61,434 nucleotides of DNA, filler included, from Platydemus manokwari (GCA_037951405.1; 5 parts of 5 records of this genome joined end to end with filler, not necessarily neighbours in it); one strand, 5' to 3'; shown: positions 1-14,359, counted from the first letter of the whole stretch. Made by a program: numbers and translations. The notes: generated from the letters alone by a model not told the origin.

Positions 1-208
1 TCTTTACATTTCATCCAAATTACATGTTAACTATTATTACAAAAAAATAATTATATATAATTACAAGAATTCATAATCATAAATCAGAATCAAGATCTAA
101 AAGTCACAGAATATCAGAATATCAAGTCAATATAAAAATTGAATCATTAAAATGTCAAATCAATATCAGAATATCAAATCATTAAGTCATTTTTGGAAAC
201 TGAATTGA

Positions 209-628
209 TTATTGGGAACTGGATTGACTGGATTTGAATTCGCAGTTTTCCGCTGAATCCTCGCTGACATCAAGCATCTAAATCCAAGCTCCAGCTTTGG
301 GTAGCCCATGTTTCATATTTTAGGTTTGGTTTTATGGGCTTCATTACTATTGTTGATCCGGGTTTCTCAATTATTGGTGTACTGGATCTTTCGAGTTTCT
401 TTCTGGGGGTGTTTTTGGTTTTTTGAACACAGGGTGATTACTTGGTGGTGGTTGTGGCAGTTGTGGTTTCTGTGGTAGCTCTTTTCTCCATTAACTGTAC
501 GATTTGATGGAATATGGGATCTTTTCGTCTTCGTTCTCCTCACTGTCTGAGTAGAGCACCAGACGTTCCATATGGTTTTCCCAACATTTGCTACACTTTG
601 ATGCATACTCTGCAACTGACCCTGACAT
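209..628 (-). pseudogene. Disrupted coding-like segment (CxxC, acidic and Pro/Lys-rich), unknown family
   Basis: From ATG 628 the minus strand reads MSGSVAEYASKCSKCWENHMERLVLYSDSEENEDEKIPYSIKSYS*WRKELPQKPQLPQPPPSNHPVFKKPKTP. After frameshifts it continues RKKLERSSTPIIEKPG...WATQSWSLDLD and DVSEDSAENCEFKSSQSSSQ*. GC is above the local background and a TATAAAA lies about 100 nt upstream. No family recognised. Confidence 0.3.
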
Positions 629-1662
629 AAATAGATAATTACAGTTAGGATTTTGGGAATCAATACATTATTATAAATCAGAGAAAATATTTTATTTATT
701 TGCATTGTTGTATTGTATTGTGAAAGGTTTTATAAGCAATCTTAAATTCGATCAATAAATATTCGTTATCAATCTCTTTTCCAATATCCTAAAATTTTCC
801 AGTTTCTTTTTCAACTTCATCGGCACAAACAAATACCAACAGGTTAATCCAATATCCAGTTTCAAACGTATTTACATACAATTATACAAATTTCACCTAT
901 TGATCAAGATGGATAAATGATTTGATCGATTACTTTTCAAGGTCGAATTGATTGCATGACATGTTCTTGGATTTGATAGGCTGATCAACTGTGCAAATAA
1001 ATTGATATGACATCTATATTAAAGGTGGGGAAATTTCTAAAACTAAAATTAGAGATTGATTTGATTGTGAAAATTGAAACACTTCTCATTGGCGCACTAG
1101 CTGTCAGTCGATGGCTTATTTTCTTTTACTTAAAATAAATATAAGATTTTTTCAATTGTTTTAGTTTTGATATTGTAATTCGTAAAAATATTTTCTTTAA
1201 TAATTTAATAATTTTAGCCATATGTGTGCTTAGTAATATAATTAAATGTTATCAAATCAGTACAAGAAACAAAGGAATTCGCTGGATTTAAATGGAAACA
1301 AATTTGCGATTTATACACGAATTTATAAATCGATATATTTTTGTGAGTTTGTTAAAACAATAAATGGCTCCAATGAAGACATGGATGGTCTATGATGTCA
1401 TTCATTACTGATAAATTATTGATATCCATAAAATGTTTTTTATTTTAAATAACACATTATTAACTGTCACAAACGTGTTTATTTTTTCAATCAAATATTT
1501 CCGACAAAATGTAAACCAAAACCTAATCATTTGTTCATTCCGACTTCATCAACCAATTTTCCAAGCAGAAATTAATACTGATAATATTGCAACATCAGTG
1601 CAATTTGTTTACCATTTTCAATCCAATTAATCTATTCGATTATCAAACAAAAACTCATTATT

Positions 1663-1731
1663 TCATACTTGTCAACTATGTAGTTTAAAATTAAGTAATT
1701 TAATTAATTATTATAAAGTTGACAAGTATGA
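1663..1731. repeat. 69-bp hairpin / inverted repeat
   Basis: Perfect 15-bp arms TCATACTTGTCAACT (1663-1677) and AGTTGACAAGTATGA (1717-1731), with a partly self-complementary AT-rich interior. Confidence 0.8.
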
Positions 1732-1908
1732 GATTAAAACATTCAAGATACAAGAACAATAAAAATATTAAAACTCAAAGATTTTTTAAAGGTTAATTCA
1801 CTTTTAATCAAAAAACATAACAAATTAACTAAGAATACTGAAATAATCTATATTTTGTTACTTCTGTCAAATACAGTGGCACATCATTTGTAGCTCAATA
1901 CTGAGATT

Positions 1909-2402
1909 GGCTAAAGTTAAGAAAAGTGGTCCTGAAACAAAATTTATAATTTGGTGAGTGTAATGCAAAAATCAATATCGTTTATTTCATTGTATTATTT
2001 AAAGACATTGTTAATTTCTTATTTAAGTGCTTAAGAAGAGTTTTAGTTCTTTTTAATCAAATATAAAATGAATAAAAGCTTCAAAATCTCTTAAAATTTG
2101 ATTATTTGAAAAAGTCAACAAAGTTATTTGAATTACAACTTATTGAAAATTAGCGAAGATCCTTTTATAAATTTTCGAGATACTCTCAATTTTAAAAATT
2201 AAGCAATGATATTATTATAAAAATTTAAATTTAAAAACTCAAATAATCATATAGAAGTGTTGTGATTAAAATAGGAACGTGGTTATGAAACTATATTTTG
2301 TCGTTATTGGAGATTTTAAAAAATGAGATATTAACTGAATTATACGAATAAATCAGATGTCGCAAATATATGAATAAAAGTTATAAAATTATCTAATGCG
2401 CG
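1909..2402 (+). mobile_element. MITE family 'GGCTAAAGTTAAGAAAA', copy lacking its right end
   Basis: Begins GGCTAAAGTTAAGAAAAGTGGTCC and aligns along its length with 25320-25932 (shared blocks such as AACTCAAATAATCATATAGAAGTGTTGT and AACTGAATTATACGAATAAAT). Confidence 0.75.
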
Positions 2403-4261
2403 CATGTTCCACAAATTAAAATCCTGAATAATAAATTTTAACTTATGCGTTATGGGCTTGCAAATGAATTCCAAATTATTTTTATGCGTTTATGCGGAGT
2501 TAAAAGTGCTTTATTTATCAGTGAATGAAAAGATATTCATATATATATATATATGAAAGAGAATGTCATTATAGATTTTAGCTTTGGTATTTCTTTTAAT
2601 TATTGGCTTAATTGCTAATCCATGTTATGTTATAATCGATCATTAAAGAAATTCCTAACAGTATTAGCCAGTGATTTATTATAGCTCTATGTCAGGGAAA
2701 TATAATAACTGATGGACTTGGGATGGTTTATTCTTCACTTCTAAATATTTACGTGCATTACGTAAGCTGTCATCGAATGTATTTGGTAATGCCTTGTGAA
2801 ACATAAATATTTAAATTGAATTATTGTAAAGATGTAAACATACAACCTCATTAAAACAAGAGTTACTATTAATTCTTAATATCACATATATTGTTAGAGC
2901 ATATAGATGTGATTCATGTTTTTGTTATTATTTTATTTATGCACATCGATTGAGGAAAACAATATCAAGGCTTCTATGCTTACTGTTTTTGGAGAAAATA
3001 GATTTCGTATTTTACAGATCGTTAAACATAAACGACATTATTGTTGACATTTAAAATTATTCATAATCGAAATTGACCTTTTTCATTATTAAAATTTGAT
3101 AACACATTTTTAATACATTCAACTATTATCATGGTAATATTATTTTATTTCTCATATTTCACTGTAATTTTTTGTAAAAATAACTGAATGACTCTGCATA
3201 TCAGTTACTATAAATAGATTTCTTTTTACTTCTCTTTTTTATCGTCTGAATTAGTTTTTACGTTTTAATTTAAGATCCAATCGTTACTTTTCAAGTTTAT
3301 TCCCTGGCTTAACATATTAATAAATTCTATAAAATCCATAATTAATATCTGATCAATAATTAATATTCAACTATTAATAGTCCAATCAAAAATGAATATT
3401 CTATTTTTTTAATATATGGTTGATCTGAAAGGTTTATCGACAGATTTGATTGGCTTTACGAGGCAGATGTCCAGGTTTTCCAATAAAAATCCAAAGTCAA
3501 TTTCTTATTGGCTAGTAAATTTTAAAATATTTTTTGGTAATCATGTCATTAACAAGTTAAACATTTGTTGTAAATTCGATGATGAACTTCATTATTACTC
3601 TCTTTTCAAAATCAGTAACAGTAGTTATAGCTAGTCTAGTAATTTCTCTAGTAACTTCCGAGGTAATTGCAATAACTATAGGTAATGATTTTGATATCAA
3701 TTCTTATCGATCGAGTATTGTCAATCGTTTTAATTTTTTAATATCAAATATGATTTCGTTTCGATGTAGGTTTAATTTAATATATGCAACCATCGAAGAC
3801 AATAGCGAAGTCATAAAATGATCGAGGTCAACTTATTATTACTTCTCTATAACAATAATGACGATGGATTTTCTAATACAGCGAGTTTGCTAATCCGTAT
3901 GAGTCTAGACACCAAGATGAATATTAGTCGAGTTTATTATCCTGAGAAGAATTCTTGTAAAGTATGAACATATGAAAAACTCAAAAAATACATTTGATGT
4001 GTAACTATTTACTGATGCCCTCGATATCGATGTGAAAAATAAAGGTAATTAACTAAATAAGAACTGAAAAGGTTAATGTAAAAGTATATTGAATTTCACA
4101 AAATAAAAATAGTAAAATAATCCAAGTCAAATGCTGGAGATTATAAAGAGGTCATTTATATTTCTTCTTATAGAAATATCGCATTGAAATAAAATGCATG
4201 TTCCGAAAACTTAATTTAATAATCGAGTAACGATCAACATTGATAAATATATGTTATAGTA

Positions 4262-4760
4262 GACGTTCTTGGAAAAGTTCACAGGTTCTTTCGATGAGTC
4301 ACCAGAGGGTTTACTTGAACCACTATTATACACCAAAAATATCATGGAGAAAGTAATATAATCGGTCCAGATCTTATATCACCAGTGGATTTTCAGTAAT
4401 TAACGGAGAATAAGTTTTTGAAGAAATCAAGAAAAGAAATCGTAAGAATAAAAGCAAAAATAAAGTATGCAGTTGCAGATGTAAAAAGGAGGACATAAAA
4501 TTCAAAAAAAGCTTTTCACAATGTGTAATGAGTGATGAAAAAATTGGATAACGTAAACGTTCAAGAAAATTCATCGGAATAATCAATAAACATTCTTTCT
4601 GATATTCGGAAACATGAAGAAGAGTTTTAGAGTTAATAGGCAAATCCATCAAGTCATGTATGGACTGGTTAGAGAAAAGGTGAGATACCAACAATAAATT
4701 TTGAATAAAATTTGCCGAAAATAATTATGAACCATACTATAGAAGAGTTAAAAGGCATTA
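4262..4760 (+). pseudogene. Possible decayed retrotransposon gag-like remnant
   Basis: Fragment TFLEKFTGSFDESPEGLLE resembles the FxG...ExPExW/FL motif of Ty3/Gypsy gag. There are many stops, so support is weak. Confidence 0.2.
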
Positions 4761-7289
4761 TTGAAAAATTTAAAAAGCCAACTTTTCAAATATTATTTCG
4801 ATTATTATAGCTATACAGCATTTTAGCAATAAGAGTTAGAGAAAAGCCTTTGAACATGTTTGCATCATGGATGGGATTCAGAATAGATGAGAAAAAATAT
4901 TCAAATATTTTCCATCTAAAAGTACCATCTATACAAAACAGAAAAAATACACGACTTTGAGTCCAAATTTAAAGAATAACTATGCAGCCAGGCATCCGAA
5001 TTACTTTACAGAACAAATAATATCAATATACGAGGTAAAGCCAATGAAGTGTCAGTTAGATGTCATAAACATAGAGAATTTAAATCAAACAAAAAAAATA
5101 ATAAAAGAAATAATTAAGAATCTTAAAGCAAGCCTAGATTTTCAAATGTTCTGTAAATCTAAATTTAAGTTCATTGAGATACTTGGCAAAGGATTGAATT
5201 TCGGATCTTTCAATATCTTATTTTAATAAGAGTTTCCTTGAGACTTGTTTTTCGAGTACTGTTAGATCAATACCTTTAACAACTAATTTTACTAGTTCTG
5301 ACCTCGAATTTCAAATGTGATCAATTGCTCATTATCATAAGTCAATAATTGCCTTCTATTATAAAGTGTCCTTGAAACACCTTATTACGTCGTTCTTTTT
5401 AGTTGCTTAAGTCTTGAAATTCTTTCGTAAGATCCCAGCTTCTTCTTTGGATAACAATAATACACTAAGATATTTTCAAAAACAGTCTTCCATATCTTGA
5501 ATTTATTCAGCACCTTTATTTGGATTATGGCCGTCAACTTTTGAACTTTAAAGGTCAGGTCTCTTGTGCCTTCATAAGAAGCAACTTTAACAGTATTTTG
5601 CACTGCCGATTTATGCCCATTTGTATATTGTAATAAGCAATCACTAGACTCCCTTTATAATTTATATTCCTCTATTTATGTCCAAACTATGTCGAAACTC
5701 TCTACAATTATCTAAAATATGTTTTTTTAATTCTCACACAAAGTAACAGTAAAATACTTAACACAGTTGTTGACTAAAAATATAATGGAGACCTATCAAA
5801 GATCATTGACATTTAAAACTATGAATCATTTAATAGTTTAAAAATTGGATTGACCAGCTCTAGTTAACATAAATCGATAACACCAATTGGAACCTTGGAA
5901 TCAAATAGATGTCAAGAACACTTGACTCAAGCAAACCTATTACTCTAAATGTCTCAACGAATATAGATGGACACTAATAGAATTCATTGGAAAGGTTTGT
6001 ATTTCAGGTTCACATATCTTTCGTAAGTCAATTTCATTTTAAAATGTTAATTTCTTTTTTTTTGTTACTTTTTTATACATTTCAGATATCACCGCTAATG
6101 CTATCAAACAAAAAATATTGTTAAATTTTAAATTTAATAAGAAAATCATATTAGAAAATCAAAATATGTCACACAAATCAATTTAATTGTAAAACTCACA
6201 ATTTTCAAATGTGTGACTTTTGTGTGAGTTCGTGTTCACTATTTGGAATATCATAAATTGACCACCGAGTTTAAACTGCACAATCTATTTTATTTCCCAA
6301 TCACAGTTTTGAATAAGCTATAACTTCAATGAATAAGGTGACATTTTTTGGAAAGTCCATCTTTATAACACAAAGGCTACAGATTCAGGGTTGAACGTAA
6401 AAGAGAAAGTATATGAACTTGATTCCAGTAATCCATGTCGAATTCAGACAAATTTTCAAATCCTCACTGTGATAAAAAATAAAAATGCATATATGGGAAA
6501 AAATTAGCTCCTGATGATACCTTAAATTGATTTTAAGAAGTCGTAATAGAAAATCTGAATGATTTCAGAAAGATATTTTAATAATTGGAGAAAATTAGAG
6601 ATAAAATGGCTTGGTCTAAAAACTGGAATATTGTTATATTCTTAGTTCAATATATTGAGAAATCCATGTCGATCAATTTTATTTCAATAAATCTGTTTAC
6701 TCTGACTGGATGAATCTAAAGATAGGAATGATTGGATCTTTTCACATTGAAATATTCAAATTTTAAGTGAAAAAATGAAGAATTTTCTAAAATATTTGTA
6801 CGCTAAAGAATCAGTTGATGCGTTTCTGATAAATCGAATGATAATGCTTTAATTCAAAATTTAGACGACAATGAATATTTAATTTATAATGGAATTCTTG
6901 CAAGAAAATAAATTTGAATTGAAATTGAATATAACCTAAATGAAGGTCATTGTTGCTTTATGTCCGATAATTTTTTAGTATGAATTATCATTAAATCTAT
7001 ATGAATGTAATTTGGTAACGACTTTTGGAATCGGTAACATCGTAAATCAAATACTCCACCTATATTTGAACAACCACCTTTAATATATCCAGTGGTGTTA
7101 AACTGAGATGTTAAAAGACAAAATCAATTCGAATTATCCAGTTCGCATGTATACATGACAATATCACTAACAGAAAAGAAGTCATCTACTGTGATGTAAA
7201 AGTCTATCAAAGGAAAGTTGACGCAATAAATGACTCTGAGTATAAAAAATTACATTTTTGCAAAAACTTCAAAAATCTGAATTCTAGGT

Positions 7290-7420
7290 ATGAGGACAAG
7301 AACAGATAAAGACAACGTTGGAGTACATCTAGATTTATATTAATAGCAAAAATTATAATGAAAAGTTGTGATAAAGTTCTTTAATATCTGGTAGCTATTA
7401 TAGACCAAGATGAGTTTGAC
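7290..7420 (+). mobile_element. Decayed LINE AP-endonuclease fragment
   Basis: RTDKDNVGVHLDLY followed by LISGSYYRP matches the order of the APE motifs RxDRxxxGGGVxxYI and YRPP. Confidence 0.3.
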
Positions 7421-9998
7421 TGTATAATCGAAATGGTTGTTCTTGAACAAATCGTAAATGCAAAATTGGAGGGAAGCAACGGTTATTTATTGCTTGAGGT
7501 CAGTCAACAGTGTACGATCAAATACGTAATGTATTTATTCTATAAATGGATATTTAGTGAGTGACAGTTAAGTGGACAAATTTCGAAAAAATCCAAATGT
7601 AATGGCGAATGGCAAATATTTGTAGAGATTTATTATTTGACAGGAACATCAGAGGTATATGCTTCACATTAATGGTTATCTTGCTCACGACGGTATATAT
7701 TGTCGATATCATTAATTTGTCTAAAGATTTCAATGAGTATATAAATGATATTGAACAGGTGTTCATGAGATCTAAATCGGAAAATCTGAAATTACGAGTC
7801 TCGAAATGAGATTGTGTTAAATCAGAAGTTGTCCAGAATTGATTTCCAAAAGGCTTTCTCAGGAGTTGATACCATCCTAAATTTCCCTGCACCCAAAATT
7901 GCAGAGGCTGCTCCATAATTTATGTGCTGAGCGAATTATTACAGAAAGTTTCTAAAAAATTTCTTAAATATCTTCGAATCATTTTATTTATCTGCAAAAG
8001 AAAATACACTATTCCGATTCAAAACTGAACAACGCAAAGAATTTCAAGAACTAAAAGAAAGACTAAATAGAAATCTTATTGAATTTTTATTAAATTTTAT
8101 ATTACAGTTATAATTTTAGATATGCAGTTCCAGTAATTATTGTAAAAATAATATCAAAATAATCAAGATATATATCAGACACATAATGATAACAAACGAT
8201 CAATTAAATTAGAGTCGAATAGACAAATATTGTCATGTAAACAGTCGATTGTGTGTTTCATTTTGGATATTTGAGAACGAAAAATAATACTCAACTAGAA
8301 AAGTAGCGACATGATATTTGTAGCATGATGCCAGGCCATCTAACACCACTTAAATCGTGGAAACTGTGCTTAGATTCATTACCAATCCAACACAGTAAGT
8401 TTAATATCTACAATAACATCAATATATGTTTTATTTTATTGTTTTTTATTTCATGCACTTTAATTCCGACTCGGTTTATTTGCTGTCAATTACGTATGAC
8501 TGCGCTACTTTAAGAGGTATAGTTTATTGATCACCTATATGGGTTGATAAAACATATTCTCTTTGTGCTTCCATGTTATTCATTCCCCAATTTCATTATT
8601 CATGATAATGACAATTCGATACAATATTTATGTCAACTTTTGATTCTAAATTATGAATTCTCGTTTTGATTTTGTTTGTGATAAATTTATTGTTTTGAAT
8701 AATTTACAATTTCAGCTCAAGCTTTTCTGTTTACCAACAATAAATTTTGTACTTTTTAAATGATTTATTAATGATAAAACGCTACTTCAAGCAAAATGTT
8801 AATTTCTGTTATTTACTTCACTAACGACAATGTCTTAAAATAACTCATCAAAACCATATAATTAATTAGACTGTCGATGCCCAACTAATTTATAGATATG
8901 TTATTCTCGGCAACTGTCACTGACCTTTCTATAAACAGTACAATTTGATTGCAACTGGATAATCAGAACAGCATAGGTAATGTATTTATTAAAGATTTTA
9001 ATTCTGTAACTGCCTCTCCTATAATCTTACTCTAATTTTTATCATTTTTATCTGTCTTTATTAACTATCCCAAATGTGTGATGAATGACAATGACCATGA
9101 CAATATTAACCAAATGAATAAAATTAATCTGCAGACACTTTTCAAATAAAACAATTGAACACAAATACTAAACGAAATATTTATTAACAATGAACAATAA
9201 ATTCTACTTATTTGGAGTTCTCTGGAAAAACATGCTTGCAATATCCTAAGTTGCTAAAATCTGGCCTTAGAATTATGTAGAATGTATTTTGTGTATTGAT
9301 ATTTTGCACAGTTAATTTTAAAATAAATTATAATTTTTCGATTATATCAATACTTATACTTGTTGTTTCTGTCCTTCGTTAGTTATAAGACTTTCGACTA
9401 CTTATTTGGTAGCCTGGCGAAAAAAGAAATTTATTTTTTTATTACTGTTTGTTGCTTATTGCGGGAGTTAAATTTCAATTTATTCATAAATAAAGTTATA
9501 ATTACAAATTGTCTTTGATAATGATCAAGATAAAACCAGATTAATAACATATTCGAATTTAAAGTTCAACTAATCGAGTATTATGATCTAATTTCATAAT
9601 TATCAGCTAATACGAGCTTTCCTTTTTATTAACATTATAAATATAAATCCAACCAAATGATGTTATTTACTTTCTCAACTTTTGTAAGATTTCAGTCTAT
9701 ATAGATGATACCCATAGCACTATCTACTTACAAACAATTGGGGTCACTGTGAACCAATAATAAAAAGACAAAACCTAATAAAAATCCTAACAATGTTAAT
9801 AAGCCAGCAACTTGTTAAGTACTAAAACTTGAACCATTTTTAATCGATAAGCCTTTATTTATTAATAAACATACTCACTCTTTATCCTATGATGTTGTTA
9901 AAGCTTTTACAGTCAATAAAAATGAAAGGATTTCTCAATTATTTAGTGACAATAAATAATACTAGAAACGATAAAAGATTTGTTTTTCTTTTTTGGCT

Positions 9999-10503
9999 TT
10001 GTATATGGATAATCTTCATACCAGGCCAAGTTATTGATGGAATCAACTTTATGATCAACATTGAACTCATTTAAGAAACAAAGCATTAAAAGGACGCAAA
10101 TACATATTTATCAAAGATCTAATTACTTATACATATAACATGAAATCCCATAAATGCATAAATAAGATATACAAAAGCATATGGATGATGAGATTAATTT
10201 GTACGCCACGTCTTTGTTACCAAAATCCTCTTTCCGGTTATGGTAATGTTTACAAATTTTAATTTAATTACTAGTCATCACTTCAATAAATTTTAAAAAA
10301 ATAAAATTTTAATTTCAAAATATTATTAAACGTGATTGCTTGGCTAAAATTGCTAGTAATCACAGTGACACCTTTATAAATCTCTCTGATACCTCTCTTC
10401 TATCATTTCCCATCCAAACCTGATTAAATACAACTGCTTTGTGAAATGCACTCAACTGTTTACCTTAAATGCTGCTATTCGAATTTCGAAATATTCATTA
10501 TAA
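9999..10503 (+). mobile_element. Decayed piggyBac transposase 3' remnant
   Basis: Contains LYMDNLHTRP (compare LYMDNxYTSP), then a KP.CI..Y.K.M-like block near 10143-10190, HFPSKP near 10403 and a degenerate Cys-rich tail, all in piggyBac order. Frameshifted. Confidence 0.4.
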
Positions 10504-11084
10504 ATTGATGTTATTCATTAAGCTGGAAATAATCAATAAAATAACGAGACACACAAACACGTCTTTTAGTTTTGTTTAAAATTTTTCAAATGATTTTACA
10601 CTCAAAAATTTGAAAGACAATTAATTGGTTTGTGATTAGAATTAAATATCTGTTCATAAAATATTTACGAATTATAAAATCAATGTCACAGTACTAAATA
10701 AATAAATGTACAACAGTCAGCACAAATTAGAAGATTCTTCTAGGATTTCTTATCAAGCATATGTGTCTTTGAGTGTTCAATTCATCACTTGTGTTTAACT
10801 ATTCAATACTAAGATTTCTGACAATTATAAAACATTTTGTTCTATCACTGATGCAATTCAGTTACTAGCAATAACAAAACTATTGTCTTTCAATAGATAA
10901 AATAATGTTTCATAAAACTGATAATTCATCAATAACATAACATGAAAAAGTTATAAAAAATTTGTTTCTATTTATTTACAAAAACAATTACATCGTGTTT
11001 TCGAAAAAACTTACCATAAGAACTTACCCAGAATCTAATAGAATATCATAGAACATACAAGTAAGAGTATATCCTGAACATCAA

Positions 11085-11184
11085 NNNNNNNNNNNNNNNN
11101 NNNNNNNNNNNNNNNNNNNNNNNNNNNNTTAATTAATTAANNNNNNNNNNNNNNNNNNNNNNNNNNNNNNNNNNNNNNNNNNNN
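11085..11184. other. Artificial contig linker (N44-TTAATTAATTAA-N44)
   Basis: Exactly 100 nt with an all-frame stop palindrome; the identical linker occurs four times in the window. Confidence 0.97.
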
Positions 11185-13229
11185 AATTGATATTAAGTTA
11201 TTGATATATTATATAATTAATAGTCATACTTAAATTTGCGCCCATATAACCGATAAGATCCTTTAGTTTTTTTCTTTTTTCCGTGAATTTACAATTCTTA
11301 TAATATATTTATAAGCATTTAGGATTCAGATATAGAGAAAGAGTTATCATTAAATTTCATAAGTCAAAAAAATATAAAAATTATTAAGCTAATTATTTTT
11401 GACAAATTGATGACCTTGTTTCTTCTATTTGTCTTGGATTGGGCTGCATTTTCTTGTTTGAATTGGTGACTTAAAAATTCATTCAATACTGACATCTATA
11501 TATTGATTCTCATAATGTTAGTTCTCTTGGGAGTTTACCAATTACATTACAGATTTATATTGTTGTACTCATATCAAAAGAAAAAACGCCAATTCAGATC
11601 TAAACAAACTAGCTGCAAACTAGCAATCCAAAACAATACAAATCCATTTTCAATTTCAATATCAACCAATGCACTTCAAATCACCATCAATGGCATTTCA
11701 AAACCCAGCAGAACAAAATCAACTGATATTTCAATTCCAATTTAATGATAACTTATTACAAATTACTTTGATGTTTATGTTTGAGATAATCTCGTTAATA
11801 ATAATGAGTGTGTAGAATGAATATAAGTAAAGCAAATCCGAATGTGAACAAAATAAAATTTACCCGGTTTATGAGCAAATATAAATGTGTCAGAGATTAA
11901 AGAATGAAATAAGAAAATTTCATCACATTAAATAAAGAAATTCAATATCAATAACAAGTCGAAAAATTGCACATCGGGCATATCAATGGTAGCATGTAAA
12001 ATTAATACAAAACAGTGTGGCTAACTGATTAAAAAAAAGCTATTTACAAGTGATTCAATGGTCAAAGAAGATTTTTAAAAAGAAAGGCTTTTGATAATAA
12101 AAGATTCATCAAAAATATTATTAACTGTTATTGTGTGAATTATAAAGAAGGGTTTTTGAATTGCAGGGGTAATACGTAACTTTTCTATATTTGGTTTTTG
12201 CAACCTTTTGATTTCATGAATGTTATTTTATTTTTACTAACTCTTTTTATACTTACACTATCTATGTCTCATAAATGTCTTTGAGTTCTAATATACCACT
12301 AGCTACTAATGTTACCTAAAATAGTAAACTTCTTTTACATGGATCGCTCAAACACTTATAAGGAGACAAAATGAACAGCGTGCGATAGTGTTGTAATAAT
12401 AAAAATTTGATTTTGCCTCATTCAGGATTATACATATTTTCACTACCAAGTCAATTGCTATGATATAGATTATTATGTTTGACACTAACGTTGTTGAAAC
12501 TCCAAGTAAACAATAACATTGTACAAAGTTAGTTATTAATGATGTAAGATCATATGTTTGTAATTACTACTATTTAAAATAATCGAATTAATTTTAAGAA
12601 TAATTAATAAATAAACTAAACAAGTTTGAAACACAAAAATATATTAAATAATGAAACCAAATAACGACAATAAATATTAACAAAATCATACACAATAAAC
12701 AATATTAATTTGTTTGATTCATTTATGGAATGACAATTTATTTTGTCCTTAACAATTCAAGAAAAGAATTCCAAGACAATACGCCTTCGTGATATTAAAG
12801 CTGTTCGATTATCGAAGATGGGATAATGAAAAATTATATTAATGTTTAAAAGTATATTTTGGTCAAGAAGAAAAAAATGTCATATTTTTTATTAACTGAA
12901 AAATGTCATAGTCATTTTTATTTGGTTTATTAATTTATTTTAAAAGTTGTATTTTTATTTTATTGTAAAATTGTAATCAGATATAATAACTAAAATATAT
13001 ATATTAAATAAAAATACAATAATAAAAGTTCAAGGAAAACAATGCTATTAAATAAAATCCGTCAATAAAAAATCCTCATGAATAAATAATTAATTGGAAT
13101 TTTAAATAAATTGGTTTGTTTTAAAATACAATGGAAACCTGAGTGCGAAAAAGATCAGCGTGAATAAAATAAACAACGGTGGAGTTTATGAGATAATTTT
13201 CTTGCCAGCAACTCACCGAGAAATTTGGT

Positions 13230-13443
13230 AGTGACATTGAACACAATTTCTGAACACAGTTTTCTGCCACTACTTCATGCCACAAATAATTATGATATAT
13301 TGGGAATAAGCGCTTATAAACAGGATTTTATAATGAATAAAATGGCTTTAATGTCATCCAGAAAAGCTGTAAGGAAACTTCTCCAACTGGCGAACAACTG
13401 AAATGGTGGCAGAAAATGGTTTGAAATTGTGTTCAATGACACT
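13230..13443. mobile_element. MITE with ~40-bp imperfect TIRs
   Basis: Left end AGTGACATTGAACACAATTTCTGAACACAGTTTCTGCCAC versus the reverse complement of the right end AGTGTCATTGAACACAATTTCAAACCATTTTCTGCCAC. No clear TSD. Confidence 0.7.
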
Positions 13444-14359
13444 CAAACGTATAAACGAACTCGTAGCTGATCGAGATGTTGACAAATTTATCAACTAAGT
13501 AACATCAATGTAATTATATAGAATAAAATAAAAAGCCACAGTGTCCAAACATAACATATATGTATATAATTACTCTTACGATTTTAAAAACTCCAAGAAT
13601 AGAGTGGGTACGAAACGAATCTTCAATAAATGCCAGAGCCAAAACTTTATTAATTATTATTTCTAATGGAATTGATATTGTTTGTCTAGTTTTGTTGGTG
13701 AATTCAATTTATGTGCCATTGGCAGAGAGAAATTTTCAGAATTTATTTTAATTTGAGACGAATTTGGCATGAATATTTTTCTGTAGGAAATTTATCTGGG
13801 ATTTTATCAGAAATTTATTTATTACTAGAGACTCATTTAATGATGGATCTATGGTAAAACCATCTCAATGGATTTTATATTTTAAATTCATCGAATTCTT
13901 TCCAAAAATTGGCCAAAATCGTTCCAACAAAGTTATTAACATAAAAATCGAATATTACCATTTTTCCTGATTTTACTTTTATACACAAATAAAATTATCC
14001 CCGAATAAAATTGGAACATGAAACTGATAAATAAAATTCTAAACTTTGAACATCAATAAAACGGGGTTGTCAATTGATGGTCAGTTTATCATTTTCAGTA
14101 AAATCATCTTCAATGTGTCACTGAAGTCCTCTATGACGAGTGTAAGCTAAAATCTATCAACCACACCCTAATATATTTAAATATGAACATACACATAAGT
14201 CATTACTTTTATACATTGATGGTCATTCATCAATTCACAGTTTCTCAATAAATTATGAAATCGAAAGTGCTTACAGAGATGATCATTGTTTCGTGATGAG
14301 TAGAACTCATATTTAGAGCCTCATTCAAATTCATCAAAAAATGACCTTTTAATGAATAT

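Noticed and set aside
209-628. Stop-codon reassignment (TAA read-through)
   Set aside because: All conserved genes translate with the standard code and the complete ones end in TAA or TGA; the segment also needs frameshifts, so decay is the simpler explanation.
11129-11140. TTAATTAATTAA palindrome as a biological motif
   Set aside because: It is always centred in identical 44-N flanks, so it is an assembly spacer.
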